Assembly: GCA_964016885.1 (NCBI GenBank)
Contig: OZ024740.1
Location: 426,560,001 to 426,624,000, forward strand
Length of the DNA: 64,000 bases
Source: Eledone cirrhosa
Lineage: Eukaryota
Direction of reading: 5' to 3'
Made by a program: the position numbers and the translations under genes. Position 1 is the stretch's first letter. The number at the start of each line of letters is the position of its first letter. A model generated the notes under the pieces. It ran no database searches and was not told the DNA's origin. It saw only the letters and a program-made list of their open reading frames with translations. Positions 1 through 16,000 of the stretch are shown here, piece by piece.

Positions 1-56
1 ACTTAATGATAATTTGACACCTCCTCCCTACTTATTACTATATATATATGTATGTG

Positions 57-200
57 AAGGCACGTAGCTGAGTGGTTAGAGAATTGGATTTGTAATCGTG
101 AGGCTGTGAGTTCGATTCCTGGACCGGGTGATGCATTATGTCCTTGAGCAAGACACTTTATTTTACGTTGCTCCTTCTACCTGGAGTTGCGACCGATAGA
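57..200 (+). mobile_element. tRNA-derived SINE (head plus conserved body)
   Basis: A-box-like TAGCTGAGTGG and B-box GTTCGATTCC, followed by TGTCCTTGAGCAAGACACTTTATTT, a typical SINE body. Starts right after a (TA)/(TG) tract. The 3' boundary is approximate. Confidence 0.7.
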
Positions 201-524
201 TAGTACTGGCAACTGGAAAGACCAATGGAAATATTGTTTCCTCGGTCCGAATTGACGAAAGTCGATCGACTGTCGATACATATATAGTTAACATTACATG
301 AGTGAGAGAACACTATTCCATGCCTATTGTATTCCACCGGAAGAACGTGACAGTCTGAATCACGCCAGAGTTAAGACCAAATATTCTTGTTCTTTTAACT
401 ACAACGGGAGCGCCACCAAGATTACAATTAGAAACATAACTACTACCAAAGAATGTACTCGGCCACTCGTGCAGCTAGAAATACCAGCTAAATCATTGGA
501 ATTGGAGGGCACATTTAATAATTG

Positions 525-694
525 ATTCTACTTTGGGCACAAGGCCAGCAAATACCGAGTGCATTACTGGTACTTTATTTTATCGACCCGTAAGGATGAA
601 AGGCAAAGTTAACCTCGACAGGATTTTAACTCAAACCGTAAAGGGACGTAACTATGCTGGAAAACATGGCGTCCGACCATCTACCGATACTGCC
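525..694 (-). mobile_element. tRNA-derived SINE, family A
   Basis: Reverse complement matches the copies at 43852-44025 (+) and 60340-60522 (-): GGCAGTATCGGTAGA...GCCTTTCATCCTTACGGGTCGATAAAATAAAGTACCAG...CTTGTGCC.AAAGTAGAA. Confidence 0.8.
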
Positions 695-1019
695 TAATGT
701 TTCCTAAGTAACACTGATATGGGAAATGAACATAAACGAAATATAAACCTTACAGATCAGGTGTTTGATCTTATGTGAGGTCTGGTCTAAAGTTAAACGA
801 CGATTACCACAACAGTTAATATCTACACTAAAAACACATTCATCATCACAATCAATAGCAGCAACACTACAACAAGCGATACCACAGGCATTACTACGTT
901 GTTTCAAACACATCTACAACAGGCAGAAACACGAGCCATTCACAGGGAAGTCAAAACTACAAACACCACCTCCATTATAACAACACAACAACTAACAACA
1001 AAAACAGTAACACGCAGAC

Positions 1020-4000
1020 CACCAACCTTACCACAAGTAATGTTACAACACTACAACCACTACAACAACCACAACACCAACCTTACCTCAAGTAATATTA
1101 CAACACTACAACCACTACAACAACAACCACAACAACAACCTTACCACAAGTAATATTACAACACTACAACCACAACAACAACCACAACACCAACCACAAC
1201 ACCAACCTTCCCACAAGTAATATTACAACACTACAACCACTACAACAACCACAACAGCAACCTTACCACAAGTAATATTACAACACTACAACCACAACAA
1301 CAACCACAACACCAACCACAACACCAACCTTCCCACAAGTAATATTACAACACTACAACCACTACAACAACCACAACAGCAACCTTACCACAAGTAATAT
1401 TACAACACTACAACCACTACAACAACCACAACAACAACCACAACACCAACCTTACCTCAAGTAATATTACAACACTACAACCACTACAACAACAACCACA
1501 ACAACAACCTTACCACAAGTAGTATTACAACACTACAACCACTACAACAACCAAAACACCAACCTTCCCACAAGTAATATTACAACACTACAACCACAAC
1601 AACAACCACAACACCAACCTTACCTCAAGTAATATTACAACACTACAACCACTATTACAACCACAACACCAACCTTCCCACAAGTAATATTACAACACAA
1701 CAACCACAACAACAACCACAACACCAACCTTACCTCAAGTAATATTACAACACTACAACCACAACTACAACCACAACACCAACCTTACCTCAAGTAATAT
1801 TACAACACAACAACCACAACAACAACCACAACACCAACCTTACCACAAGTAATATTACAACACTACAACCACTACTACAACCACAACAACAACCACAACA
1901 CCAACCTTACCACAAGTAATATTACAACACTACAACCACTACTACAACCACTACAACAACCACAACACCAACCTTCCCTCAAGTAATATTACAACACTAC
2001 AACCACTACAACAACCACAACACCAACCTTACCACAAGTAATATTACAACACAACAACCACAACAACAACCACAACACCAACCTTACCTCAAGTAATATT
2101 ACAACACAACAACCACAACAACAACCACAACACCAACCTTACCACAAGTAATATTACAACACTACAACCACTACAACAACCACAACAACAACCACAACAC
2201 CAACCTTCCCACAAGTAATATTACAACACAACAACCACAACAACAACCACAACACCAACCTTACCACAAGTAATATTACAACACTACAACCACTACAACA
2301 ACCACAACAACAACCACAACACCAACCTTCCCACAAGTAATATTACAACACAACAACCACTACAACAACCACAACACCAACCTTACCACAAGTAATATTA
2401 CAACACTACAACCACAACAACAACCACAACACCAACCTTACCACAAGTAATATTACAACACTACAACCACTACAACAACCACAACAACAACCACAACACC
2501 AACCTTACCACAAGTAATATTACAACACTACAACCACTACAACAACCACAACACCAACCTTACCACAAGTAATATTACAACACTACAACCACTACAACAA
2601 CCTCAACAACAACCACAACACCAACCTTCCCACAAGTAATATTACAACACTACAACCACAACAACAACCACTACAACAACCACAACACCAACCTTACCAC
2701 AAGTAATATTACAACACTACAACCACTACAACAACCACTACAACAACCACAACACCAACCTTACCACAAGTAATATTACAACACTACAACCACAACAACA
2801 ACCACAACACCAACCATCCCACAAGTAATATTACAACACAACAACCACAACAACAACCACAACACCAACCTTCCCACAAGTAATATTACAACACTACAAC
2901 CACTACAACAACCACAACACCAACCTTCCCACAAGTAATATTACAACACTACAACCACAACAACAACCACAACACCAACCATCCCACAAGTAATATTACA
3001 ACACAACAACCACAACACCAACCTTCCCACAAGTAATATTACAACACTACAACCACAACAACAACCACAACACCAACCATCCCACAAGTAATATTACAAC
3101 ACAACAACCACAACAACAACCACAACACCAACCTTCCCACAAGTAATATTACAACACTACAACCACAACAACAACCACAACACCAACCATCCCACAAGTA
3201 ATATTACAACACTACAACCACAACAACAACCACAACACCAACCATCCCACAAGTAATATTACAACACTACAACCACAACAACAACCACAACACTACAACC
3301 ACAACGACAACCTTCCCACAAGTAATATTACAACACTACAACCACAACAACAACCACAACACCAACCTTCCCACAAGTAATATTACAACACAACAACCAC
3401 AACAACAACCACAACACCAACCATCCCACAAGTAATATTACAACACTACAACCACAACAACAACCACAACACCAACCATGCCACAAGTAATATTACAACA
3501 CTACAACCACTACAACAACCACAACACCAACCTTCCCACAAGTAATATTACAACACTACAACCACTACAACAACCACAACACCAACCATCCCACAAGTAA
3601 TATTACAACACTACAACCACTACAACAACCACAACACCAACCATCCCACAAGTAATATTACAACACAACAACCACAACACCAACCATCCCACAAGTAATA
3701 TTACAACACCACAACCACTACAACAACCACAACACCAACCATCCCACAAGTAATATTACAACACCACAACCACTACAACAACCACAACACCAACCATCCC
3801 ACAAGTAATATTACAACACTACAACCACTACAACAACCACAACACCAACCTTCCCACAAGTAATATTACAACACTACAACCACTACAACAACCACAACAC
3901 CAACCTTCCCACAAGTAATATTACAACACTACAACCACAACAACAACCACAACACCAACCTTACCACAAGTAATATTACAACACTACAACCACAACAACA

Positions 4001-7000
4001 ACTTTCCCACAAGTAATATTACAACACTACAACCACTACTACAACCACAACACCAACCTTCCCACAAGTAATATTACAACACTACAACCACAACAACAAC
4101 CTTCCCACAAGTAATATTACAACACTACAACCACAACAACAACCACAACACCAACCTTCCCACAAGTAATATTACAACACTACAACCACAACAACAACCA
4201 CAACACCAACCTTACCACAAGTAATATTACAACACTACAACCACTACTACAACCACAACACCAACCTTCCCACAAGTAATATTACAACACTACAACCACA
4301 ACAACAACCACAACACCAACTTTACCACAAGTAATATTACAACACTACAACCACAACAACAACCTTCCCACAAGTAATATTACAACACTACAACCACAAC
4401 TACAACCACAACACCAACCTTACCACAAGTAATATTACAACACTACAACCACAACAACAACCACAACACCAACCATCCCACAAGTAATATTACAACACTA
4501 CAACCACAACAACAACCTTCCCACAAGTAATATTACAACACTACAACCACAACAACAACCACAACACCAACCTTACCACAAGTAATATTACAACACTACA
4601 ACCACAACAACAACCTTCCCACAAGTAATATTACAACACTACAACCACTACAACCACAACACCAACCTTCCCACAAGTAATATTACAACACTACAACCAC
4701 AACAACAACCACAACACCAACCTTCCCACAAGTAATATTACAACACTACAACCACAACACCAACCTTACCTCAAGTAATATTACAACACCACAACCACAA
4801 CAACAACCACAACACCAACCTTCCCACAAGTAATATTACAACACTACAACCACAACAACAACCACAACACCAACCTTACCACAAGTAATATTACAACACC
4901 ACAACCACAACAACAACCACAACACCAACCTTCCCACAAGTAATATTACAACACTACAACCACAACACCAACCACAACACCAACCTTCCCACAAGTTATA
5001 TTACAACACTACAACCACAACACCAACCTTACCACAAGTAATATTACAACACCACAACCACTACAACAACAACCACAACACCAACCTTACCTCAAGTAAT
5101 ATTACAACACTACAACCACTACAACAACCACAACACCAACCATCCCACAAGTAATATTACAACACTACAACCACAACAACAACCACAACACCAACCATCC
5201 CACAAGTAATATTACAACACTACAACCACAACTACAACCTTACCACAAGTAATATTACAACACTACAACCACAACTACAACCTTACCACAAGTAATATTA
5301 CAACACTACAACCACAACTACAACCACAACACCAACCATCCCACAAGTAATAATACAACACTACAACCACTACAACAACCTTACCACAAGTAATATTACA
5401 ACACTACAACCACAACTACAACCACAACACCAACCATCCCACAAGTAATATTACAACACTACAACCACTACAACAACCTTACCACAAGTAATATTACAAC
5501 ACTACAACCACAACTACAACCACAACACCAACCATCCCACAAGTAATATTACAACACTACAACCACTACAACAACCTTACCACAAGTAATATTACAACAC
5601 TACAACCACAACTACAACCACAACACCAACCTTCCCACAAGTAATATTACAACACTACAACCACAACTACAACCACAACACCAACCTTACCACAAGTAAT
5701 ATTACAACACTACAACCACAACTACAACCACAACACCAACCTTCCCACAAGTAATATTACAACACTACAACCACAACAACAACCACAACACCAACCATCC
5801 CACAAGTAATATTACAACACTACAACCACAACAACAACCACAACACCAACCATCCCACAAGTAATATTACAACACTACAACCACAACTACAACCACAACA
5901 CCAACCTTCCCACAAGTAATATTACAACACTACAACCACAACTACAACCACAACACCAACCTTCCCACAAGTAATATTACAACACTACAACCACAACAAC
6001 AACCACAACACCAACCTTACCACAAGTAATATTACAACACTACAACCACAACTACAACCACAACACCAACCTTCCCACAAGTAATATTACAACACTACAA
6101 CCACAACACCAACCTTACCACAAGTAATATTACAACACTACAACCACAACTACAACCACAACACTAACCTTCCCACAAGTAATATTACAACACTACAACC
6201 ACAACAACAACCACAACACCAACCTTCCCACAAGTAATATTACAACACTACAACGTCTACAACAACCTTACCACAAGTAATATTACAACACTACAACCAC
6301 AACAACAACCTTACCACAAGTAATATTACAACACTACAACCACTACAACAACCTTACCACAAGTAATATTACAACACTACAACCACTACAACAACCACAA
6401 CACCAACCTTCCCACAAGTAATATTACAACACTACAACCACTATAACAACCTTACCACAAGTAATATTACAACACTACAACCACTACAACAACCACAACA
6501 CCAACCTTACCACAAGTAATATTACAACACTACAACCACTACAACAACCTTACCACAAGTAATATTACAACACTACAACCACTACAACAACCACAACACC
6601 AACCTTCCCACAAGTAATATTACAACACTACAACCACAACAACAACCACAACACCAACCTTACCACAAGTAATATTACAACACTACAACCACTACAACAA
6701 CCTTACCACAAGTAATATTACAACACTACAACCACTACAACAACCACAACACCAACCTTCCCACAAGTAATATTACAACACTACAACCACTACAACAACA
6801 ACCACAACACCAACCTTCCCACAAGTAATATTACAACACTACAACCACTACAACAACCTTACCACAAGTAATATTACAACACTACAACCACAACTACAAC
6901 CTTCCCACAAGTAATATTACAACACTACAACCACAACTACAACCTTCCCACAAGTAATATTACTACACTACAACCACAACAACAACCACAACACCAACCT

Positions 7001-10000
7001 TACCACAAGTAATATTACAACACTACAACCACAACAACAACCTTCCCACAAGTAATATTACAACACTACAACCACAACAACAACCACAACACCAACCTTA
7101 CCACAAGTAATATTACAACACTACAACCACTACAACAACCACAACACCAACCTTACCACAAGTAATATTACAACACTACAACCACAACAACAACCTTCCC
7201 ACAAGTAATATTACAACACTACAACCACAACAACAACCACAACACCAACCTTACCACAAGTAATATTACAACACTACAACCACTACAACAACCACAACAC
7301 CAACCTTACCACAAGTAATATTACAACACTACAACCACAACAACAACCACAACACCAACCTTCCCACAAGTAATATTACAACACTACAACCACAACAACA
7401 ACCACAACACCAACCTTACCACAAGTAATATTACAACACTACAACCACTACAACAACCACAACACCAACCTTACCACAAGTAATATTACAACACTACAAC
7501 CACAACAACAACCACAACACTACAACCACAACAACAACCTTCCCACAAGTAATATTACAACACTACAACCACAACAACAACCACAACACCAACCTTCCCA
7601 CAAGTAATATTACAACACAACAACCACAACAACAACCACAACACCAACCATCCCACAAGTAATATTACAACACTACAACCACAACAACAACCACAACACC
7701 AACCATCCCACAAGTAATATTACAACACTACAACCACTACAACAACCACAACACCAACCTTCCCACAAGTAATATTACAACACTACAACCACTACAACAA
7801 CCACAACACCAACCATCCCACAAGTAATATTACAACACTACAACCACTACAACAACCACAACACCAACCATCCCACAAGTAATATTACAACACAACAACC
7901 ACAACACCAACCATCCCACAAGTAATATTACAACACCACAACCACTACAACAACCACAACACCAACCATCCCACAAGTAATATTACAACACCACAACCAC
8001 TACAACAACCACAACACCAACCTTACCACAAGTAATATTACAACACTACAACCACAACAACAACCACAACACCAACCTTCCCACAAGTAATATTACAACA
8101 CTACAACCACAACAACAACCACAACACCAACCATCCCACAAGTAATATTACAACACCACAACCACTACAACAACCACAACACCAACCATCCCACAAGTAA
8201 TATTACAACACTACAACCACTACAACAACCACAACACCAACCTTCCCACAAGTAATATTACAACACTACAACCACTACAACAACCACAACACCAACCTTC
8301 CCACAAGTAATATTACAACACTACAACCACAACAACAACCACAACACCAACCTTACCACAAGTAATATTACAACACTACAACCACTACTACAACCACAAC
8401 ACCAACCTTCCCACAAGTAATATTACAACACTACAACCACAACAACAACCTTCCCACAAGTAATATTACAACACTACAACCACAACAACAACCACAACAC
8501 CAACCTTCCCACAAGTAATATTACAACACTACAACCACAACAACAACAACAAAACAAACCTTACCACAAGTAATATTACAACACTACAACCACAACAACA
8601 ACCTTCCCACAAGTAATATTACAACACTACAACCACTACTACAACCACAACACCAACCTTCCCACAAGTAATATTACAACACTACAACCACAACAACAAC
8701 CACAACACCAACTTTACCACAAGTAATATTACAACACTACAACCACAACAACAACCTTCCCACAAGTAATATTACAACACTACAACCACAACTACAACCA
8801 CAACACCAACCTTACCACAAGTAATATTACAACACTACAACCACAACAACAACCACAACACCAACCATCCCACAAGTAATATTACAACACTACAACCACA
8901 ACAACAACCTTCCCACAAGTAATATTACAACACTACAACCACAACAACAACCACAACACCAACCTTACCACAAGTAATATTACAACACTACAACAACAAC
9001 CTTCCCACAAGTAATATTACAACACTACAACCACTACAACCACAACACCAACCTTCCCACAAGTAATATTACAACACTACAACCACAACAACAACCACAA
9101 CACCAACCTTCCCACAAGTAATATTACAACACTACAACCACAACACCAACCTTACCTCAAGTAATATTACAACACCACAACCACAACAACAACCACAACA
9201 CCAACCTTCCCACAAGTAATATTACAACACTACAACCACAACAACAACCACAACACCAACCTTACCACAAGTAATATTACAACACCACAACCACAACAAC
9301 AACCACAACACCAACCTTCCCACAAGTAATATTACAACACTACAACCACTACAACAACCACAACACCAACCTTACCACAAGTAATATTACAACACAACGA
9401 CCACAACACCAACCACAACACCAACCTTCCCACAAGTTATATTACAACACTACAACCACAACACCAACCTTACCACAAGTAATATTACAACACCACAACC
9501 ACTACAACAACAACCACAACACCAACCTTACCTCAAGTAATATTACAACACTACAACCACTACAACAACCACAACACCAACCATCCCACAAGTAATATTA
9601 CAACACTACAACCACAACAACAACCACAACACCAACCATCCCACAAGAAATATTACAACACTACAACCACAACTACAACCTTACCACAAGTAATATTACA
9701 ACACTACAACCACAACTACAACCTTACCACAAGTAATATTACAACACTACAACCACAACTACAACCACAACACCAACCATCCCACAAGTAATAATACAAC
9801 ACTACAACCACTACAACAACCTTACCACAAGTAATATTACAACACTACAACCACAACTACAACCACAACACCAACCATCCCACAAGTAATATTACAACAC
9901 TACAACCACTACAACAACCTTACCACAAGTAATATTACAACACTACAACCACAACTACAACCACAACACCAACCATCCCACAAGTAATATTACAACACTA

Positions 10001-13000
10001 CAACCACTACAACAACCTTACCACAAGTAATATTACAACACTACAACCACAACTACAACCACAACACCAACCTTCCCACAAGTAATATTACAACACTACA
10101 ACCACAACTACAACCACAACACCAACCTTCCCACAAGTAATATTACAACACTACAACCACAACAACAACCACAACACCAACCTTACCACAAGTAATATTA
10201 CAACACTACAACCACAACTACAACCACAACACCAACCTTCCCACAAGTAATATTACAACACTACAACCACAACAACAACCACAACACCAACCATCCCACA
10301 AGTAATATTACAACACTACAACCACAACAACAACCACAACACCAACCATCCCACAAGTAATATTACAACACTACAACCACAACTACAACCACAACACCAA
10401 CCTTCCCACAAGTAATATTACAACACTACAACCACAACTACAACCACAACACCAACCTTCCCACAAGTAATATTACAACACTACAACCACAACAACAACC
10501 ACAACACCAACCTCACCACAAGTAATATTACAACACTACAACCACAACTACAACCACAACACCAACCTTCCCACAAGTAATATTACAACACTACAACCAC
10601 AACACCAACCTTACCACAAGTAATATTACAACACTACAACCACAACTACAACCACAACACTAACCTTCCCACAAGTAATATTACAACACTACAACCACAA
10701 CAACAACCACAACACCAACCTTCCCACAAGTAATATTACAACACTACAACCACTACAACAACCTTACCACAAGTAATATTACAACACTACAACCACAACA
10801 ACAACCTTACCACAAGTAATATTACAACACTACAACCACTACAACAACCTTACCACAAGTAATATTACAACACTACAACCACTACAACAACCACAACACC
10901 AACCTTCCCACAAGTAATATTACAACACTACAACCACTACAACAACCTTACCACAAGTAATATTACAACACTACAACCACTACAACAACCACAACACCAA
11001 CCTTACCACAAGTAATATTACAACACTACAACCACTACAACAACCTTACCACAAGTAATATTACAACACTACAACCACTACAACAACCACAACACCAACC
11101 TTCCCACAAGTAATATTACAACACTACAACCACTACAACAACCACAACACCAACCTTACCACAAGTAATATTACAACACAACGACCACAACACCAACCAC
11201 AACACCAACCTTCCCACAAGTTATATTACAACACTACAACCACAACACCAACCTTACCACAAGTAATATTACAACACCACAACCACTACAACAACAACCA
11301 CAACACCAACCTTACCTCAAGTAATATTACAACACTACAACCACTACAATAACCACAACACCAACCATCCCACAAGTAATATTACAACACTACAACCACA
11401 ACAACAAATACAACACCAACCATCCCACAAGTAATATTACAACACTACAACCACAACTACAACCTTACCACAAGTAATATTACAACACTACAACCACAAC
11501 TACAACCTTACCACAAGTAATATTACAACACTACAACCACAACTACAACCACAACACCAACCATCCCACAAGTAATAATACAACACTACAACCACTACAA
11601 CAACCTTACCACAAGTAATATTACAACACTACAACCACAACTACAACCACAACACCAACCATCCCACAAGTAATATTACAACACTACAACCACTACAACA
11701 ACCTTACCACAAGTAATATTACAACACTACAACCACAACTACAACCACAACACCAACCATCCCACAAGTAATATTACAACACTACAACCACTACAACAAC
11801 CTTACCACAAGTAATATTACAACACTACAACCACAACTACAACCACAACACCAACCTTCCCACAAGTAATATTACAACACTACAACCACAACTACAACCA
11901 CAACACCAACCTTCCCACAAGTAATATTACAACACTACAACCACAACAACAACCACAACACCAACCTTCCCACAAGTAATATTACAACACTACAACCACA
12001 ACAACAACCACAACACCAACCTTACCACAAGTAATATTACAACACTACAACCACAACTACAACCACAACACCAACCTTCCCACAAGTAATATTACAACAC
12101 TACAACCACAACACCAACCTTACCACAAGTAATATTACAACACTACAACCACAACTACAACCACAACACTAACCGTCCCACAAGTAATATTACAACACTA
12201 CAACCACAACAACAACCACAACACCAACCTTCCCACAAGTAATATTACAACACTACAACCACTACAACAACCTTACCACAAGTAATATTACAACACTACA
12301 ACCACAACAACAACCTTACCACAAGTAATATTACAACACTACAACCACTACAACAACCTTACCACAAGTAATATTACAACACTACAACCACTACAACAAC
12401 CACAACACCAACCTTCCCACAAGTAATATTACAACACTACAACCACTACAACAACCTTACCACAAGTAATATTACAACACTACAACCACTACAACAACCA
12501 CAACACCAACCTTACCACAAGTAATATTACAACACTACAACCACTACAACAACCACAACACCAACCTTACCACAAGTAATATTACAACACTACAACCACT
12601 ACAACAACCTTACCACAAGTAATATTACAACACTACAACCACTACAACAACCACAACACCAACCTTCCCACAAGTAATATTACAACACTACAACCACTAC
12701 AACAACAACCACAACACCAACCTTCCCACAAGTAATATTACAACACTACAACCACTACAACAACCTTACCACAAGTAATATTACAACACTACAACCACAA
12801 CTACAACCTTCCCACAAGTAATATTACAACACTACAACCACAACTACAACCTTCCCACAAGTAATATTACTACACTACAACCACAACAACAACCACAACA
12901 CCAACCTTACCACAAGTAATATTACAACACTACAACCACTACAACAACCACAACACCAACCTTACCACAAGTAATATTACAACACTACAACCACAACAAC

Positions 13001-16000
13001 AACCTTCCCACAAGTAATATTACAACACTACAACCACAACAACAACCACAACACCAACCTTACCACAAGTAATATTACAACACTACAACCACAACAACAA
13101 CCACAACACCAACCTTCCCACAAGTAATATTACAACACTACAACCACAACAACAACCACAACACCAACCTTACCACAAGTAATATTACAACACTACAACC
13201 ACTACAACAACCACAACACCAACCTTACCACAAGTAATATTACAACACTACAACCACAACAACAACCTTCCCACAAGTAATATTACAACACTACAACCAC
13301 AACAACAACCACAACACCAACCTTACCACAAGTAATATTACAACACTACAACCACTACAACAACCACAACACCAACCTTACCACAAGTAATATTACAACA
13401 CTACAACCACAACAACAACCTTCCCACAAGTAATATTACAACACTACAACCACAACAACAACCACAACACCAACCTTACCACAAGTAATATTACAACACT
13501 ACAACCACTACAACAACCACAACACCAACCTTACCACAAGTAATATTACAACACTACAACCACAACAACAACCTTCCCACAAGTAATATTACAACACTAC
13601 AACCACAACAACAACCACAACACCAACCTTACCACAAGTAATATTACAACACTACAACCACAACAACAACCTTCCCACAAGTAATATTACAACACTACAA
13701 CCACAACAACAACCACAACACCAACCTTACCACAAGTAATATTACAACACTACAACCACTACAACAACCACAACACCAACCTTACCACAAGTAATATTAC
13801 AACACTACAACCACAACAACAACCTTCCCACAAGTAATATTACAACACTACAACCACAACAACAACCACAACACCAACCTTACCACAAGTAATATTACAA
13901 CACTACAACCACAACAACAACCACAACACCAACCTTACCACAAGTAATATTACAACACTACAACCACAACAACAACCACAACACCAACCTTACCACAAGT
14001 AATATTACAACACTACAACCACTACAACAACCACAACACCAACCTTACCACAAGTAATATTACAACACTACAACCACAACAACAACCTTCCCACAAGTAA
14101 TATTACAACACTACAACCACAACAACAACCACAACACCAACCTTACCACAAGTAATATTACAACACTACAACCACTACAACAACCACAACACCAACCTTA
14201 CCACAAGTAATATTACAACACTACAACCACAACAACAACCTTCCCACAAGTAATATTACAACACTACAACCACAACAACAACCACAACACCAACCTTACC
14301 ACAAGTAATATTACAACACTACAACCACAACAACAACCACAACACCAACCTTACCACAAGTAATATTACAACACTACAACCACAACAACAACCACAACAC
14401 CAACCTTACCACAAGTAATATTACAACACTACAACCACTACAACAACCACAACACCAACCTTCCCACAAGTAATATTACAACACTACAACCACAACAACA
14501 ACCACAACACCAACCTTACCACAAGTAATATTACAACACTACAACCACAACAACAACCACAACACCAACCTTCCCACAAGTAATATTACAACACTACAAC
14601 CACAACAACAACCACAACACCAACCTTACCACAAGTAATATTACAACACTACAACCACTACAACAACCACAACACCAACCTTACCACAAGTAATATTACA
14701 ACACTACAACCACAACAACAACCACAACACCAACCTTCCCACAAGTAATATTACAACACTACAACCACAACAACAACCACAACACCAACCTTACCACAAG
14801 TAATATTACAACACTACAACCACTACAACAACCACAACACCAACCTTACCACAAGTAATATTACAACACTACAACCACAACAACAACCACAACACCAACC
14901 TTCCCACAAGTAATATTACAACACTACAACCACAACAACAACCACAACACCAACCTTACCACAAGTAATATTACAACACTACAACCACAACAACAACCAC
15001 AACACCAACCTTACCACAAGTAATATTACAACACTACAACCACAACAACAACCACAACACCAACCTTACCACAAGTAATATTACAACACTACAACCACAA
15101 CAACAACCACAACACCAACCACAACACCAACCTTACCACAAGTAATATTACAACACTACAACCACAACAACAACCACAACACCAACCTTACCACAAGTAA
15201 TATTACAACACTACAACCACTACTACAACCACAACACCAACCTTACCTCAAGTAATATTACAACACTACAACCACAACAACAACCTTCCCACAAGTAATA
15301 TTACAACACTACAACCACTACAACAACCACAACACCAACCTTACCACAAGTAATATTACAACACTACAACCACTACTACAACCACAACACCAACCTTACC
15401 TCAAGTAATATTACAACACTACAACCACTACAACAACCACAACACCAACCTTACCTCAAGTAATATTACAACACTACAACCACTACAACAACCACAACAC
15501 CAACCTTACCACAAGTAATATTACAACACTACAACCACAACAACAACCACAACACCAACCTTCCCACAAGTAATATTACAACACTACAACCACAACAACA
15601 ACCACAACACCAACCTTACCACAAGTAATATTACAACACTACAACCACTACAACAACCACAACACCAACCTTACCACAAGTAATATTACAACACTACAAC
15701 CACAACAACAACCTTACCACAAGTAATATTACAACACTACAACCACTACAACAACCACAACACCAACCTTACCACAAGTAATATTACAACACTACAACCA
15801 CAACAACAACCACAACACCAACCTTACCACAAGTAATATTACAACACTACAGCCACTACAACAACCACAACACCAACCTTACCACAAGTAATATTACAAC
15901 ACTACAACCACTACAACAACCACAACAGCAACCTTACCACAAGTAATATTACAACACTACAACCACTACAACAACCACAACACCAACCTTACCACAAGTA

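Noticed and set aside
57-130. tRNA gene
   Set aside because: It has A/B boxes but no convincing acceptor stem, and it continues into a SINE body.
298-980. Short ORFs of 69-75 aa
   Set aside because: No recognisable motifs or splice context; they lie between SINEs and the satellite flank.
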